Shown here: in pieces, positions 50,463 through 64,000 of the stretch
Position numbering within the stretch: the first letter of the stretch is position 1
Layout: the number at the start of each line of letters is the position of its first letter
NCBI GenBank assembly: GCA_002633005.1
Contig: NMRA01000192.1
Coordinates: 657,140 to 721,139, forward strand
Source of the DNA: Phoronis australis
Lineage: Eukaryota > Animalia > Phoronida
Reading direction: 5' to 3'
DNA: 64,000 nt
Position numbers and translations under genes: made by a program
Notes under the pieces: model-generated
Told to the model about the DNA's origin: nothing
What the model saw: the letters and a program-made list of their open reading frames with translations, nothing else
Database searches by the model: none

Positions 50463-52440
50463 ATGAAACCATGCTGGAATCGATGTAAGAACAAAAATGA
50501 ATTGGATTTTTGTCTTGGTACTTCTTAGTTATATTCACAAGGGAATATAGAATCTTATCGACAAGTTTTTGCGTTTAGCAAATATCTAGAAAACTATATA
50601 TTTCAACTCAGAAAGTATACATTTTTTGAAAGTAGAAAACCTCGAGTTGAAGCGTTATCAGCAAATACTTAGCACTGTAAAAGGGTGGATTGTTTGAGGT
50701 ACGCAAGCAATATGAGACTAAGCAACAAATTGTGAAACCAGCGAAATCAGGAAAACACAAGTTTACTGACAAATCCCATTGTCAATGACACTGATTTGTA
50801 CATGAAACAAATGTGACAGAATACCACCGAGAGTTTCACTGACCACTTCCCGCTCGTGAAAATACTAAGTCGATTGTGAACATGTTAATAATACATTTAA
50901 TTTCATTTTGAAATGTTTTTGAAAATTCATCAATAATTGTGTTACCTGAACAAGGACTTGTCATGCTGAAAATTGCAAGGCATGACGATGTGAGACTAAA
51001 GATGCTTTCACTAATGACGAACGCTTTACGGTAAATCAGGCTTCAAGTTAGTCACCCCTTATCTGCCGGCGTTGGCTGGGTATACATATATTGGACGCCC
51101 TTGCATATTTGTGAATATACAACGCACGCTGAACGAATTCATACTAAATTCTGATGTATTGTGCCAAGCGTTCGTAGGCATAAGGTGATGCCTCCTAAAT
51201 ACGCTCGGCATGTGCTACTGATGGCGCGGATATTTCCAGTAAGAAAAATCGTGTTGCAAACTACATACGCAAAGGATATGCTTTATTCGTTTTTTATTCA
51301 CTAGACGTGGGGTATATATAATAAAAATTTGAATATCTGAGCGTACGACTGCGTATGATTATTTATAAAATTGTATGAGAATGTGGTGTACGGAGAAGTT
51401 TAACAGGGCTCTAATGTAATGATATTTGGTACCGCAGAAGTACTGGCGAGAAAAATATACCACAAAATACGGGGGAAACGATTTCGTGCTGTGCCTCTTA
51501 GTTGTAGCTTCAATTCCTAAACTTCAATTTCGGAACAGCAGATACTAAACCCGCATGGCTTATTCCCCCTGTGCTCCTAAACTAGATGTACATTAGCCCC
51601 AAAAAGACCCGATACTTCAGGTGGACGAAATAACGAACGCTATGATACGCCACTGATAATAAACAAATTCATTGTTGCCCGACAACAAAACTACATGACA
51701 TTTGAAACGTTTGAAAACATTTCACGCTTTTCTTGTAAAAGTAATGGAAACCGTCGCTTCTTTGAAACACGTTAATTTGGTTAAACAGCATGAACAATAG
51801 TCACAGATCGAAAAAGAGAATCAAAACAAATTCTTGTTTTCGTACAACGCCTCGTCTACAGGATTTTGAAATTGGTTCAAGACTTCTAGAAAACAATATT
51901 AGTAAACGAATTATGATAGCCGTGTTTTCATTCCACTAACTGTTGGAAAAACAATCGTTCAATGCGGTAAGGTAATTTCCGTTATGAGGTCACGTTGACC
52001 AAGTTATCGCTGTTCATTCATGCCACCGGACGTCAGATGTCGGTATTTGCAATGTGTCTAATAAAACGGCTGAAACTAGACTCACTTGTCATAATGATAT
52101 TGCATCACTGCAGGCAGCTACATGCCAAAAAATGAAGATACATAGGGAAAGGAACTATCAGACCAATCCATCGGCCATATCAAGGCATTTGGACCTCGGG
52201 AGAGCATTGTTGCCCTCGGCCATTTGCTTGAAACTGAACACTTTTTAAAAAGAAATTAATGACGATAACAACAATTCATCAAATCGGAAGTGTGACGTAT
52301 TAAGTAAATTCGCCGGGTAGAGCCAACTCTTGTTAAGCCCGTATGTCAGACGATGCCGGTTTTCAGAGGTCTGATGTCAATTTTTCTTTTGTTGATCGTC
52401 AGGCTCGGTCTTCTGTCCGATGTCACAACGCTAACTCAAT

Positions 52441-54403
52441 AGCGGAGTTGCAACCGAATCGATTTAACGATTGCGCATGTCCGGAAATTAGGGTGCGCAA
52501 AGGCTACTGGGATTGTTGATGGTAAACGGGATGACCGACTGGTTTGCACAACATGTAATTTGTGTGCATTAAACTACGCTGCTGTATGTAATTCTGCCGC
52601 TATTCGCCCTAATTAGCGCCCATGGCTCAACAAGTGCCCCAACGCGTTTTCAGACTTTGCTAAAGTAAGCGCCCAGCCCATGAACTACATGCGAAAAATG
52701 CCCTTACCTACAGTTCTAACGTCTCCAATTTATCAATTGAAAGATCCGACAGCCTGAATTTGTAACGGACCACGAGCCTCACCGTTATGTCCGTATACAC
52801 TTCAAACTTACGCCGCGATTCAAAAAGAACGCAGAAGTTTTGCTGCTCTTGCGAGGGATGTGCCCCACTACGCGGGTCTGGACTTTGAAAACAGACACAG
52901 CGTACTTGTCAAAGAGCGGGATTGCATTGTTTCTTTCCAGTACAGATCTTCTCCGGCCTCAAACTTCTTTGTGCATGTGAAAACCGTGAATCGAAGACTA
53001 ATAAAAAAAACTCGACCAGTGTTAGCACGCGACCAAGAAGCGCGCGCTGCATAATGTACCGACTGTCATCGAAGATTAATCGGGTAACATAGCATCGGCA
53101 AATAAATATTGGCACTAATTTCCGAAAGTTTCCAATACCGTAAAAAGCTTCTGCATTATTTTTAAGAGAAATTATTTAACTAATCATAATTGGTGTTTTT
53201 AAGGTCAAAATGACCCACTTCGCACCCTTACACCCCAAATCTTCCGGGAAATAGCTGTTACACTACGGTCACGCATCCACTCACCCGGCGACTCAATGAG
53301 TGACATGTCGGTCTTACCGAAAAAATTCTCGAACGTTTTTAGCAGATGAGGCCAGCAAGTGCTAAGCCGTAAATATTAAAACACGCTCTGCTTGACTGCT
53401 TGACTTATTTTTTTTTTGGATACAATGCACACCTAGATCATTACATTACTCTGGCAAATGAACTCTGACAAGCACACGCACGCTTACTCTCACACACACG
53501 CATACAAACTTCAAAACAAACGTCACGTGACAACAACATGTGTTCCCACAGAGATTTTTCTCGGGTTGCGTGCTACAATCTAGCGTAGATTTGGACTTAA
53601 TCTGCAGTTAATCCAGACTTCACAAGAACTTAAAAATCTTAGAGACGCTATTTGGAAAACTTGAGGAGGATTTCAGGTAATTTGTTGAGTCAAAGCTGTA
53701 TTCTTATTTAAGAATTCAAGCCCTATCGACGATTGCGAGACCAGCAGCTACGCATTTGTCGGCAAGATTTCGCCCTGGAACTTCAACAAAATTTTATGAA
53801 AAATGATCGTAATTTAACAACGAATTTTGATAGCAATGTACCACAATTTTGTAGAAAGTAAATAATAATAATCTGCACGCTTTATCTTAGCGCGTAATGC
53901 ATATAGTGTGCATACGTTAAGTGAGTCGACCCAGAACAGGTGATTGTGCAGAGGCATTATCCTCAAAATTGCTCATGTTGGCTTGGTTCTGGTCAAGCGA
54001 AAACAAGTTTTTTTTTTACTACCAACCGCCGTGGAGTATTTGTTACTGTTTCTTTGAAGGGAGATATTGTTGGGCAGTTTCTAAGATACGTTTTCTTGCC
54101 GCCCTCAAAATGAGCGCTGCACACTTTATGCTACGAAGTCGGAAAGAATTCACGAAGTCGGCCTTTGCTACCAGCTCTACCGATGTCTCTGACCCATGTT
54201 TAACGCAGTTCTTGATCCTTGGGAAACAGGTAGTAACTAAATTTTTTATTTCGCTAACTGGTATTATAGCATGCCAGGCACACAACACGTATAACCTCCC
54301 TGTGGCCGGTTCGCCCCCACGCTTGCCGACGTACTTGTTTACCAGCTTAACCACAATGCAACATTCTGACCCATTTCCAATATGGCGGCGTTGCAACTCC
54401 GCT
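52441..54403. mobile_element. ~2-kb putative non-autonomous DNA transposon (ISL2EU/Harbinger-like)
   Basis: Perfect inverted 17-mer aatagcggagttgcaac (52438-52454) / gttgcaactccgctatt (54390-54406). It can be read as 14-bp TIRs plus an AT target duplication. Confidence 0.5.
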
Positions 54404-55969
54404 ATTATATAGCACGTTGAATCAATTCATGAATGTCAACGCAAATCGACTCAAAACTGTTTTAACAGTTATTAATGTTAAAACAAGTAAAAACCCATCG
54501 CAGCGTTTTGGCCTATTTTGCTTGTATTTCCTCCGCAAAAGAAAGGTTCTACACTAACTTTTCACGAGGAAATTTTCAGAAGCCACGTTAAAAAAAATCC
54601 GTTTCTGTTCCAGACAGTATTTTATTGCCAGAGAGACATCCCTAATGTGATGTCTTCACGACAATAACATACTGTTCTTAGAATTACCAGTTTCTGTTCT
54701 TGACATTTCAATTTATTTCGTACAATATTATTTCATTGCCGGAAAGACATCACTAATGCGATAATTGCACTCTACAGCACAATTGGAGCTTAGATCAACT
54801 TTCGTGGTATTAAGGGCGGACGGCGACATCGGTTTTCCCAGTTGATGTAGAGAATTATTGTCCAACTAGAAGATACCACTGAACGGCCCTAAACGCCTAT
54901 GTCAATCGAAACTGAGTTCCGTAGAGGCAGGAATCTCGCAAACAAAGCTCATATCACGTACTTTGCTTGTGTTGCATGGCGCTATCTCGCGCAGTCTTGC
55001 CTGATCTTGTGTTTTCGCGAGATACTCGCGTCTACAGAACACACGCCGGTCCTAGTAACCATATCCGTGTCCATTGGTGTCTCAGGCTGGCCGATATTCA
55101 GTCCCAAGTCCGGTACTTTACGATGTGACGTCACTTGAATTGAGCAGTGAAACCGAGAGTAAGTAATAAAACTTATATGACATCGACTTGCCGGTCAGAC
55201 ACACAGTGTTTGCATTGTGTCACATGCTCACGTATCAAACTTCCGGTTTAAAGAATTGATATTTGCATTAATTTTGATTTTACAAAAAGGCTCAAAATAT
55301 CGTTAAGAGCTAGTGAAATATGACAATTGGCCAAAGCCAACTCTTAAAAGGGTACTTATTTAAAATGGCATTCCTTGACGTGTAGATAGGAGAAAAGTGA
55401 CTCAGTTGGATTAGAAATAAATACAATGCAGGTGTGCGTACGCAAAATTGGTTGAAATGATATTTGACACACCCCACTAAGACTTTACTTATTTTGTGTA
55501 AAGTGATTACCGGAGACTTCTGAAAGCCTCCATGGGGGCTCTTTCGGAAAAAGGGAACAAAGAAGCGCCCATGGTGGGATCGTTTTGCGTGCCTGGCACG
55601 GGTCAAATATATATTGCAAATTGGCCAATATGACATTATTTTCTCGACCTGGGTCGCAGGATCGCTAAGAGTTTTATCGGAGGGGTCGCCGCCGGCTGCT
55701 GTTATCGAAGCCAAACTGCCGACTGAGTGAAATTTGGCTGGTATTTCAAGTCCATGATCGGTGTTTCTTCAACTCCCCGTGACAGTACAGGTAGCCCTCC
55801 TCCACCTTTAAACCAAAAAGTCCGAAAACAAGCGACTATAGTCTGCTGGTACATGACCAACTACTGATTGATTCATGAACAAAGTACATGTACATGTAAC
55901 GTGATCTTTAACAGTATTCGGCCAAGACCTAAGTGCATTTTACAATAGGTGTTTGAATTCAAAACGGGA

Positions 55970-56370
55970 GTTGTTTTTATTGTTACATATTTCATAAGGT
56001 GATGTAGGCCTCCGGTCCATATCACACGTACAATACAGTGAACAGCAAGGTCACAAGTCACACAAAGAATATAGGCTATCAACAATAAAATTATCATATA
56101 ACTTTGATCCTCATGCGAAACGCCTGCAATATGACTAAGCTAATATTTTGAATGACAGATTCATTTTGTGAAATCATAACATTAACGACGTTTCGTTCAC
56201 ACGGATTAGAGCAAAAATGTTCTGGTAACAACATTTTTGCACTGTCACTGCATAATGAACAAATAAATAACATGTGAAACTTGTTTTCAATTTTACGTTC
56301 ACCTAAGTTACATGTATAACAGAAAATATACAAAAGCTCCTCTCTGGAAATATTACATGTATTGTTTGTT
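55970..56370 (-). mobile_element. 3' end fragment of a LINE (ORF2 C-terminal CCHC region and 3'UTR)
   Basis: ISREELLYIFCYTCNLGERKIENKFHMLFICSLC resembles RExRxCxxC...EDExHFLxxC; an AATAAA-containing tail follows. Confidence 0.65.
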
Positions 56371-56495
56371 CTATTTGGAGACAGTGACACGAACAACGAA
56401 AGCGGGCAAGGATTGTCGTAAGATGTTTGTCCTTGATGCAGAAAAAATATTTATCTGGATCCTATGAGGTCTTAAATTCCATTTAGCTTCGTATT

Positions 56496-56751
56496 CATGC
56501 GGGGGGCTCGGGGGACTCGAACGAGCCCCTCCCCCCCATTTGGCGATGTGTGCAAAAAGGTCCGCCTCGGAGAAACAAACAAGTCCGAGAAAACGAGACA
56601 AAAGTCCACTAAAAAAGACGCAGACACACAGTTCACAGTTATGAAGGGTGGTAACCGTTTTTTTTTTTTTAGTCCTCCGACTTTTTGTCAGGAAAAGATC
56701 CACAACGACAGAAATTCTAGCCCCCCATTTTCAAGGCTGGGTGCGTGCATG
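56496..56751 (+). mobile_element. hAT-like MITE family B, copy 2
   Basis: Ends ctgggtgcgtgcatg, the near reverse complement of the copy-1 start; the internal sequence is shared. Confidence 0.65.
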
Positions 56752-58065
56752 GTACTACAGTATGTTTTCACGCCCGGTCTGCATAGCACAATCACTTACT
56801 CTCTATATGAGCTGAAAAGTCCAACATTTTGACAAATCCAATCTAAACCAAATCGTGAATAGAACATTTTTAACCCTCGCACACCACGTTTTGTGACCAG
56901 TTTCGTCAAGCTAACGCATAACATTATACACTGACTTTGAAAGTCTGTCATCACTCATTTCCAGTAGCTTCATCCAAAATTTGATCATTTTTTTCACGCA
57001 CTGTCCAAAGACAGGAACTTTCCCAAACTCACCGAGAACTGCAGCGTTGCTCGCGGAAGACGGGACGCTAAGAAAATACTTGAAATATTTTATCTGGACA
57101 GATTCTATATAGTTTTGGTATCAAAAACCCTAAATCTATGAATCATATGTTATGATAGGCAAAATCATTTCATAATTATCAAATAGTTTCTGAAGCTGCT
57201 TTTAAAAAGGCCACTGTCTTCAGTGATAAGCCAGAGTCCAAACTAACCCTGGTGTAAACGTAAGTCCCAAATATTTAAAACAACGACTTCGAGCTTCGAA
57301 GCACCAAAATATCATTTTTTGTAGCTTCTCAGTTTGCCTTCATTGCGGAAAACCATTACCGGTGTTTTCTTTTTTTGACATTTGCTTTTAACCTCCACTT
57401 CTTACACTAATCTAACAATAGAGTAGCTGTTGTAGTCTATGCGCTGTGCTTGCACAGTTTGCCAAATCGCCAGCGTACAATAAAAGTATTACATTGGAAA
57501 CTCTTTTGGAAAAGTATACACTCATTTAAATACATTTTAAATAACAATAGGCCAAGCTTTCAACCTGTCTGGTAGCGATTGAACATTAGAATAGATCAGT
57601 CAAACCACCCGGAGTTTGAACGCAAGCTCTTAATTTTGCATACATAGCAAATAACACCTTCATAATTTTTCCGTGTTTTCCTTCCCTTAAAGTCCTATTA
57701 GCACACGTTTTTAACCCTCACTAAGTGGTTAGAAGAAATTATAAGGAACCACACAGTACCTATCCTATAACCAGTACACAATCCGTAGTCGAAGAAAGTT
57801 TAAGTAAACGCGCCACTCACGATTCCGACCCGAAGAACACACTACCATTTTGAACTAACCGCGAATCCGGAAGTACAATTCATTCGGGAACCCAGGCTTA
57901 AGAACGTCGACTGTGCGACTGGGGCAATGTCTTTTACCAGTCTGCAAACGGGGATAAGATAATCGACAGCGGACCTTAATTTAATAAAACCAAAATAGGG
58001 ACAATTTGTAAAGAAACTGATGACAAAATGTGGAAAAATAACTTTTGACAGAAATTATTTTGCTG

Positions 58066-58216
58066 GGCCCAGTTGCATGAAAGCTATATCGGTACGCCGT
58101 ATAGCAATAATGACGTCGCATCATCACGCGTCACGTTTGTTGAACAATGCACCTGACGTCATGCAACAATCAAACTTATCCAACGGATAACTTTTGAAGC
58201 TTTATGCAACTCAGCC
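58066..58216. mobile_element. PIF/Harbinger-type MITE
   Basis: TIRs ggcccagttgcatgaaagct / agctttatgcaactcagcc flanked by a CTG duplication. Confidence 0.7.
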
Positions 58217-59759
58217 CTGGACTCGGACCTGCAGACGATGACCCGGTGCGGACCGATCGACCAATAAATGCACTGGCGAAAGACGAAGGCATGCCGTCCC
58301 CGACTGTTCTATTGTAATAAATGGTTCAAATTATAAATGCCGTTTACCTACAAAGATAGTTTCATATACTTGCATAAAATTACGGACTAGTCACATTCCT
58401 GTGCCAACGATTGAAAAACAAGGCAGACTATGGCGGGCAACTAAGGCTAAGCACGTTTTACTTGGTGTCTTTAGCTCTGGTGAACAAACACTGTAAACAG
58501 AACTACGAACATGCAACTTCAAAATAATAATAAATGAATAAAATTGTTATACAGTTAGAATATTCTGACCATTAAACTAGCTAAATTATCGAAAATAAAT
58601 TTAGACGAAAATTAAGATACCCGCGGTGATCTCCCGCGACTTCCGTTACGACCGGGCGGCTGACTGCCAGCATGTAAAAGTGAATGACAGAATACCATTT
58701 GGTGGCGAAATAACTTCAGGAAGAAAACTTGTTATGGAGCCAAATAATATAATGTAAGTATTAATGAGTTTAAAGTAAAAAGAATAATTCCCACTTAGCC
58801 AGAAACATTCGTATGATCTGCTACCCGACGGAGACGGACTGCTTGGCCTACCGTGCGCGGACATCAGTGCTGCGCGGCGCAAAATGAACACATTAATTAT
58901 CTACCCGGGCCTTGAATGAGCGAAATTCCTATGACAGAGATAAAAAATACTGCGCCATGCTCCTAACACTGCGATATTCTCCCATTCCCGACATTCAGCT
59001 CNTGTAAGTTTTTGTCAGGTTTGAAAATATGTTTTCCCCAATAATTGAAAATCAAAGTCGATTTAGTAAGTGATCATTTTCCCGGCGAAGAGTTAAGGCA
59101 ACTGCAGGGGAATTACTTCGCCGGTTACTGTGTCCGGGCAGCAAACTCAAGCACAGGTGGGCATTATTGCAATTGAGGTGTTGAGCTTACTGTTTTAAGA
59201 TAAACTTGTGTCTGTTTGTTGAAACATCGCGGTGTTTGGATGTTTTTTTTTTACAGTTTACATTTTTAACGGCCAGTAAAGCCGGTGCCGATTTGCTGTC
59301 AAGTACGCACTGCGCTCACACGTCCGGGTAGTTACACGACTATTGCTCATTTCAGGCTGGTATTTTTCATCAGTTTCACGATATGACGATAAAGATAAGA
59401 CATTTGCTGATCAAGACAGTTTTTTTCCTCTAACTTATTACCTAAACGGGTACTATTGTTGGAATTTGATGTACACTACACTCGCGATGAGTCGGGGCAG
59501 ACCTCAGTAGCCGAGTCGGTTGGTTACGGGAAATGTGACGTACTTCACATAGTGCTCAAGAAGGCTTTTAGCTTGATAACAGAAAGGATGTGGACGTTAT
59601 GCTATGTTACATATTACTTAATTTGGTGTATATATTGTCCTTTGAGATAAGGACTTTTAAAAAAAGGCGATACCACACGAGATTGTGGGGGACAGTGTCA
59701 AACGTTGAATAAAAATCGACGAACGCGCAGTAGAATCACTCACCCTTTTTGGGCCATTG

Positions 59760-62187
59760 ATTGAATAACAAATATTTGGTCAACTGTTAATTCTTTTTTG
59801 AAGAAATCCGCATTAGTCCTCAAATATTGTTCTATTGGATTCGGCCCAACGTGTAAGCCTGTTAGTTAATATTTTAGTAAACACATTGCTGATGACACTA
59901 AGCAAACAATTGTCTGTGTAATTATTTGCATCGGCAGTTCAAAGTTTTTTATGCAGTGGCACAATAATACCGTTACACCATGTCTGAGGATAATTTCTAG
60001 AATTTTGTTGGAAAGCTGTGAGGTCGCGGATACAAAGATGAGTTTGCTTCTTTGACATTTCTGAAATTATACCATCTATTTTTGGTGTTTTATCATTCAT
60101 CAACTCTTTCACGACTGATAATAATGCGGCTTCTGTTATCTCAGTGTTAAGCACAACGGGATCATTGATATTACAATTTACAAATTCATGTTCCTTGTGA
60201 TCATCAATTACGTTTGACTGCTTGACGTTATTCAGGAGTGTTTCAAAATGCAATTCCCATTCTTTTGGAGAAATGTTATTTTTACTAGACTGAACGACTT
60301 CAGAACAGACCAACACTGTTTTGGGTCACGTAATGACTTTTTCAAATTTTCTGGATTTTTCTTTTCCATTCTTTTCCATTTGTTTTGGTGAGCACGCGTG
60401 TTTAAACAGTTGCTTTGCAGATAAATAATTTGCTAAAGCATCTTCGAAATTCACGCCAAGTCTTGTTTGATTGTGTTTCACTGCACAACAACCATCATAC
60501 CAGCAATCGGGTTGATGCGTGTTCACGTGATAACCATTTTGCGGACGTGTGTGTGCATTCTCAGGTGACTGCCACAAATCTTCACCACACTTCACAGCAG
60601 TATCAACGTAATTATTCTCCATAATCTCGTACACCCGTTGTAAGTTAGAGACGGATTTGTGGTCACTCAACTTTTGAAATTAATTCTGTGAATGCCTTTT
60701 TTTTTAAACCAAATTTAAAAGCTCCAATGATGCCTCCTGGTGCACGTCCATACTTCCTGGTTCTCCAATAAGGCAGACGAAAACAAGTGTGATCAGCAGA
60801 TAGGTGCGAGTGATCATCTTCTGCTTCTATCCTAGTCTCCCATAATGCAACAGCATCGTAAGAACTTAGTTTCATGAATTCAGGTCTCTTCCCTTTCATT
60901 CCTTGAATGATCCAAGATAACAACGATAACTCATGTATCTCAAGTTCACGGTTTCCAAACATCTATTACCCTAGGCCAGATCCCTACAACAGACGGTCGT
61001 GGGAGAGGAAACTCGGCGCAGTTGGATTACTATGTTCGAGACGATGAAAAGGTGACATGTGTGTCATTAGCCCAAGAATTGTTCGGAAGGAACGGCTTGA
61101 GATTACCACGTTCCTCAATCAAAAATTTGTCGTTCTTATTAATCAACTTGTTATAACTAATGTTCGAGCGCTCATCTCTCTATCGAGCGTCAAGCATTTC
61201 CGGTAAAAGTCGTTTTCTGGTCAGATGTTTCTTACACGGGAAGTAAAGTCTTTACTTATTGAAATGCCAGATCCTCACAGATTCTTTTCAGTTCTCGGGA
61301 CAATCTGCTTTTGTTTAGAATTTTGCAATTATCAGTTTTAGGTCCCCTGGAATTCAATCAATGCTCGCTGTCGAAGTTAATGTCATTCATGAGTATATTC
61401 AGTTGATCGCTCAGCACTTACCTTACGTTCGCAATCATCCCAAGTTTCACTTGCTCCCTGGGGATGACTTTCACCGTATTTAATGATATTGTCACGTTGG
61501 CTGTGTGCCTCGAGATTATATATTTTAATCACAATGTACCCCGCTCGGTTTTTGAGCTTTTAATTTCCTGAAAGTTGCAGGTTACATCGCCTAGGGATTG
61601 CTTTAAATTTGCAATCTGAGATTTAAACTCAAGCAGTGTGACCAGAATCGTGTCCAACGAGGTGTTATTACCTGTCTGTTCTGTCCCACCTGTGGCGCCC
61701 ATTGTTACGATGACCCCCGGGGGGGGGTAACTTGTTCGTCCGTCAAACTCTAAAGATCTCTCGAACTCAGAATACTCGGAGTACAACCACTTCTCATTGT
61801 ATACTCAGTTATGCGCTCGGATTGTCTCACAGGCTCCTTGTTGGTGTCCTTTCTAGGGGGCCCAAGGTTCAATTCTCACATAATTTGACATAACCAACAT
61901 GATCGCTGAGAGATAAATAAAAATAGAACAGTATTGGCTTTCGGTGACGGCAGCTAGCACAATGTCATCATCAGACATCCAGACTACTAATAAGATAACC
62001 TGCAGAGCAACCAAAATTTCGTTCCGCACATCCATGCCAGAACAGACCTCTACAAATATTCTTTTTTCCTCGGACAATAAGACACTGGTCACTTCTTCTC
62101 CAGTCTATAACCAACGCCGCAACAGACGATTCGTTTAAATCTCAAGATGCATCCTTCGTGCGTGCTGGAAACACCTACTGAGCGCTC
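59760..62187 (-). mobile_element. Decayed non-LTR retrotransposon (CR1/L2-group-like): ORF1 relic, APE endonuclease, RT N-terminus; 3'-truncated
   Basis: ORF1-like EAHSQRDNII.YG (~61500); APE motifs LLSW..QG, DAVALWET and YGRAPGGI (60663-60962); RT start KTPKIDGI.SEM...PQTWCNGIIVPLHKK...NNY...LLSVISNVFTKILTNRL (60316-59800); many stops and frameshifts. Confidence 0.85.
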
Positions 62188-62796
62188 CCCCTATTGGCGT
62201 GATGGTACCATTAACCCATATCGATTAGAAGACAAGACAAGACTTCCTGGTATTTCGGACTTTTTGATCCTTCCCAGTAGAATTTAAAAGTTTTGCAATA
62301 TCTCCAAAAATACCATTGATACCTTATCCTGAAAATTTGTGGTCTTTAGATCGATTCCCATCTCGACTATTAATGACCGTGACCACTTTTGGGTGCTTCT
62401 ACATTTATGTTCCTATACTTTATGACTAATATCTCTCGACTCGACCAGCTCGATGTGAATCAACCGTTCCGCAGCAGCGACACCTAACACCCTGTAACCT
62501 AATACCATAAAGAAAAATCAGTGAAAATTAAGAACCTGGTAATATCAAATTGTTGCCGTAGACGTCTAATCTAACACAAAGACACTTCCTTACAGCACTG
62601 CTGAATGAGGGCGCTGTGGTTGGCAACGCAAGTTTCTGAAAGTCCTACAACTTTTTTCCGTAAGAACCTCCCGGGGACTTTTCGTGGATGCAAAATCAGT
62701 TCTGATAAATGATCGTTTCCGAAAGGTTTTTCGGATATCCCCCGTTCTAGCAAACCTTCAAGCGATTTTAAACTCGCATTTCGTAAAAGAAGCGTT

Positions 62797-62860
62797 CATC
62801 ACCACCGCCACCACCACCACCACCACCACCACCACCACCACCATCGCGATGATGATGATT

Positions 62861-62891
<31 letters not shown>

Positions 62892-62945
62892 GTAGCAGCA
62901 GCAGCAGCAGCAGCAGCAACAGTAACAGTAGCAGTAGTAGTAGTA
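62797..62945 (+). repeat. Compound trinucleotide microsatellite (CAC)n-(GAT)n-(CAT)n-(CAG)n-(TAG)n
   Basis: Directly visible. Confidence 0.95.
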
Positions 62946-63600
62946 TTTAGACCAGTTAGCGGAATTGTTCTCAATTTGTTCTTCACTTAGATGAGAAGTA
63001 ACAGTTATTACTTGATACTATACTGGGCGCATAAATAGACACGTTGGTACAAACCAGCTTTTAAGCCTGCTTTCAATTACATGTACTAAGGAATTGTTAG
63101 TTGTTCCAAAGACCTGGGATCGAGACTAATTTGACAAAGAAACAATTTTAGACCAATTTCATAAAAATAAGTAGTCTAAATCAAAAGTTGTCATTCGCAA
63201 TGGAGAACAGGTTTACGGTCACTTTCACTTTCCCAGTTAGTTCGAAAAATTAGCTGGTGTACGTGAAAATGCGACCGGCCAACTTAAGATGGATGAATCG
63301 AGCGAAAAAAATGGGATCAATTCGCTTTGCAGCATTGGGTTACTAGGCGCCAAAGGCGAATTTCGTGTGAGATATTACGAGTTTGTGATCGCATATTTAC
63401 TCTTACGGAATAATGAGTGAGTCAGTGCCCACATGCTCTCTGCTGCAGTTGAGAGCACACGGGATAACAATAGTGTGCACATGAGTTTGCCCTAACATCT
63501 TGAACAAAGATCACGCAGTATATAGAGTTGTTACGATTCTTCAGACTCTTTTATGTACATAAAGTTGTTAGTTTTGTTAGCCAACTGTAAGAATAAGATA

Positions 63601-63606
63601 TTTATT
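63601..63606 (-). promoter_or_regulatory. Candidate polyadenylation signal (AATAAA) of the NAALADase gene
   Basis: tttatt on the + strand about 160 nt downstream of the stop codon. Confidence 0.45.
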
Positions 63607-63766
63607 ATTGGAAAGTACGCAGCAGCTTCAAAAGAGTTCTGACAATCGTTCAACATCTTTAACGAACATAGATTGTGCCAATATGTATATGTATACAGTT
63701 TTTCGTCAATTAATAATACTAAAGATATATTGAATGTCAAGAAAGCGCGACCTTTTATGAGACACC

Positions 63767-63974
63767 CTATATGTGTCTGTGTATATTTGACACGTCCTGC
63801 AAAGTGGAAGCCGCCGAGTCGATAGTATAGATAACGACCGAGAGGTAGCGCTTGACTTTCTCCCACTGAGCTGTGGTGTTGTCTGAAGCCTCTATTTTAT
63901 ACATAAGATCTTTCAGCCCGGGGAATCCCGATCCGGGATGGCTTTTGTCCAAACTTGAAGCAAAGAGAACGTGC
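63767..63974 (-). CDS. FOLH1/NAALAD2-like: Last exon of a glutamate carboxypeptidase II / NAALADase (M28B; transferrin-receptor-like dimerisation domain); the rest of the gene lies beyond the window
   Basis: ctcttacag acceptor, then (R)HVLFASSLDKSHPGSGFPGLKDLMYKIEASDNTTAQWEKVKRYLSVVIYTIDSAASTLQDV*. This matches the GCPII C-terminal pattern RHVIYAPS...FPGIYDALF...WGEVKRQI....FTVQAAAETL. Confidence 0.9.
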
Positions 63975-64000
63975 CTGTAAGAGAAACGTTAAATAAATTT

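Noticed and set aside
55310-55714. 134-aa minus ORF with SYWPICNI, reminiscent of the RT NYRPISNL motif
   Set aside because: There are no further RT motifs, it has a non-ATG start, and the flanks look like non-coding transposon sequence.
62684-62986. Homopolymeric poly-T/I/S and poly-A/D/G ORFs
   Set aside because: They arise from a compound trinucleotide microsatellite.

Overview
AT-rich, intron-rich animal genomic DNA, most consistent with a marine invertebrate (species not determinable); single-'n' assembly gaps lie at 1181 and 59002. The main feature is a complete minus-strand gene that I spliced by hand: 27 coding exons (42929->20535), all GT-AG with matching phases, 5598 nt, about 1865 aa. 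It encodes a MUC4-like type I membrane mucin: signal peptide, Thr/Ser-rich region, NIDO, AMOP-like, VWD with GDPH, a beta-sandwich, about 7 EGF-like units, a membrane-proximal (SEA-like?) module, a TM helix and a short tail. The last exon of a glutamate carboxypeptidase II / NAALADase gene enters at the right edge. The rest is transposon debris (Harbinger-, hAT-, Kolobok- and ISL2EU-like elements, a THAP relic, a tRNA-derived SINE, a decayed LINE) and satellites. The most intriguing unexplained signal is a decayed intronless coding tract at 1-2600 with a SAM-binding GxGxG motif. It may be an endogenous fragment of a negative-strand RNA virus L polymerase; this is a hypothesis from remembered motifs and needs a profile search.
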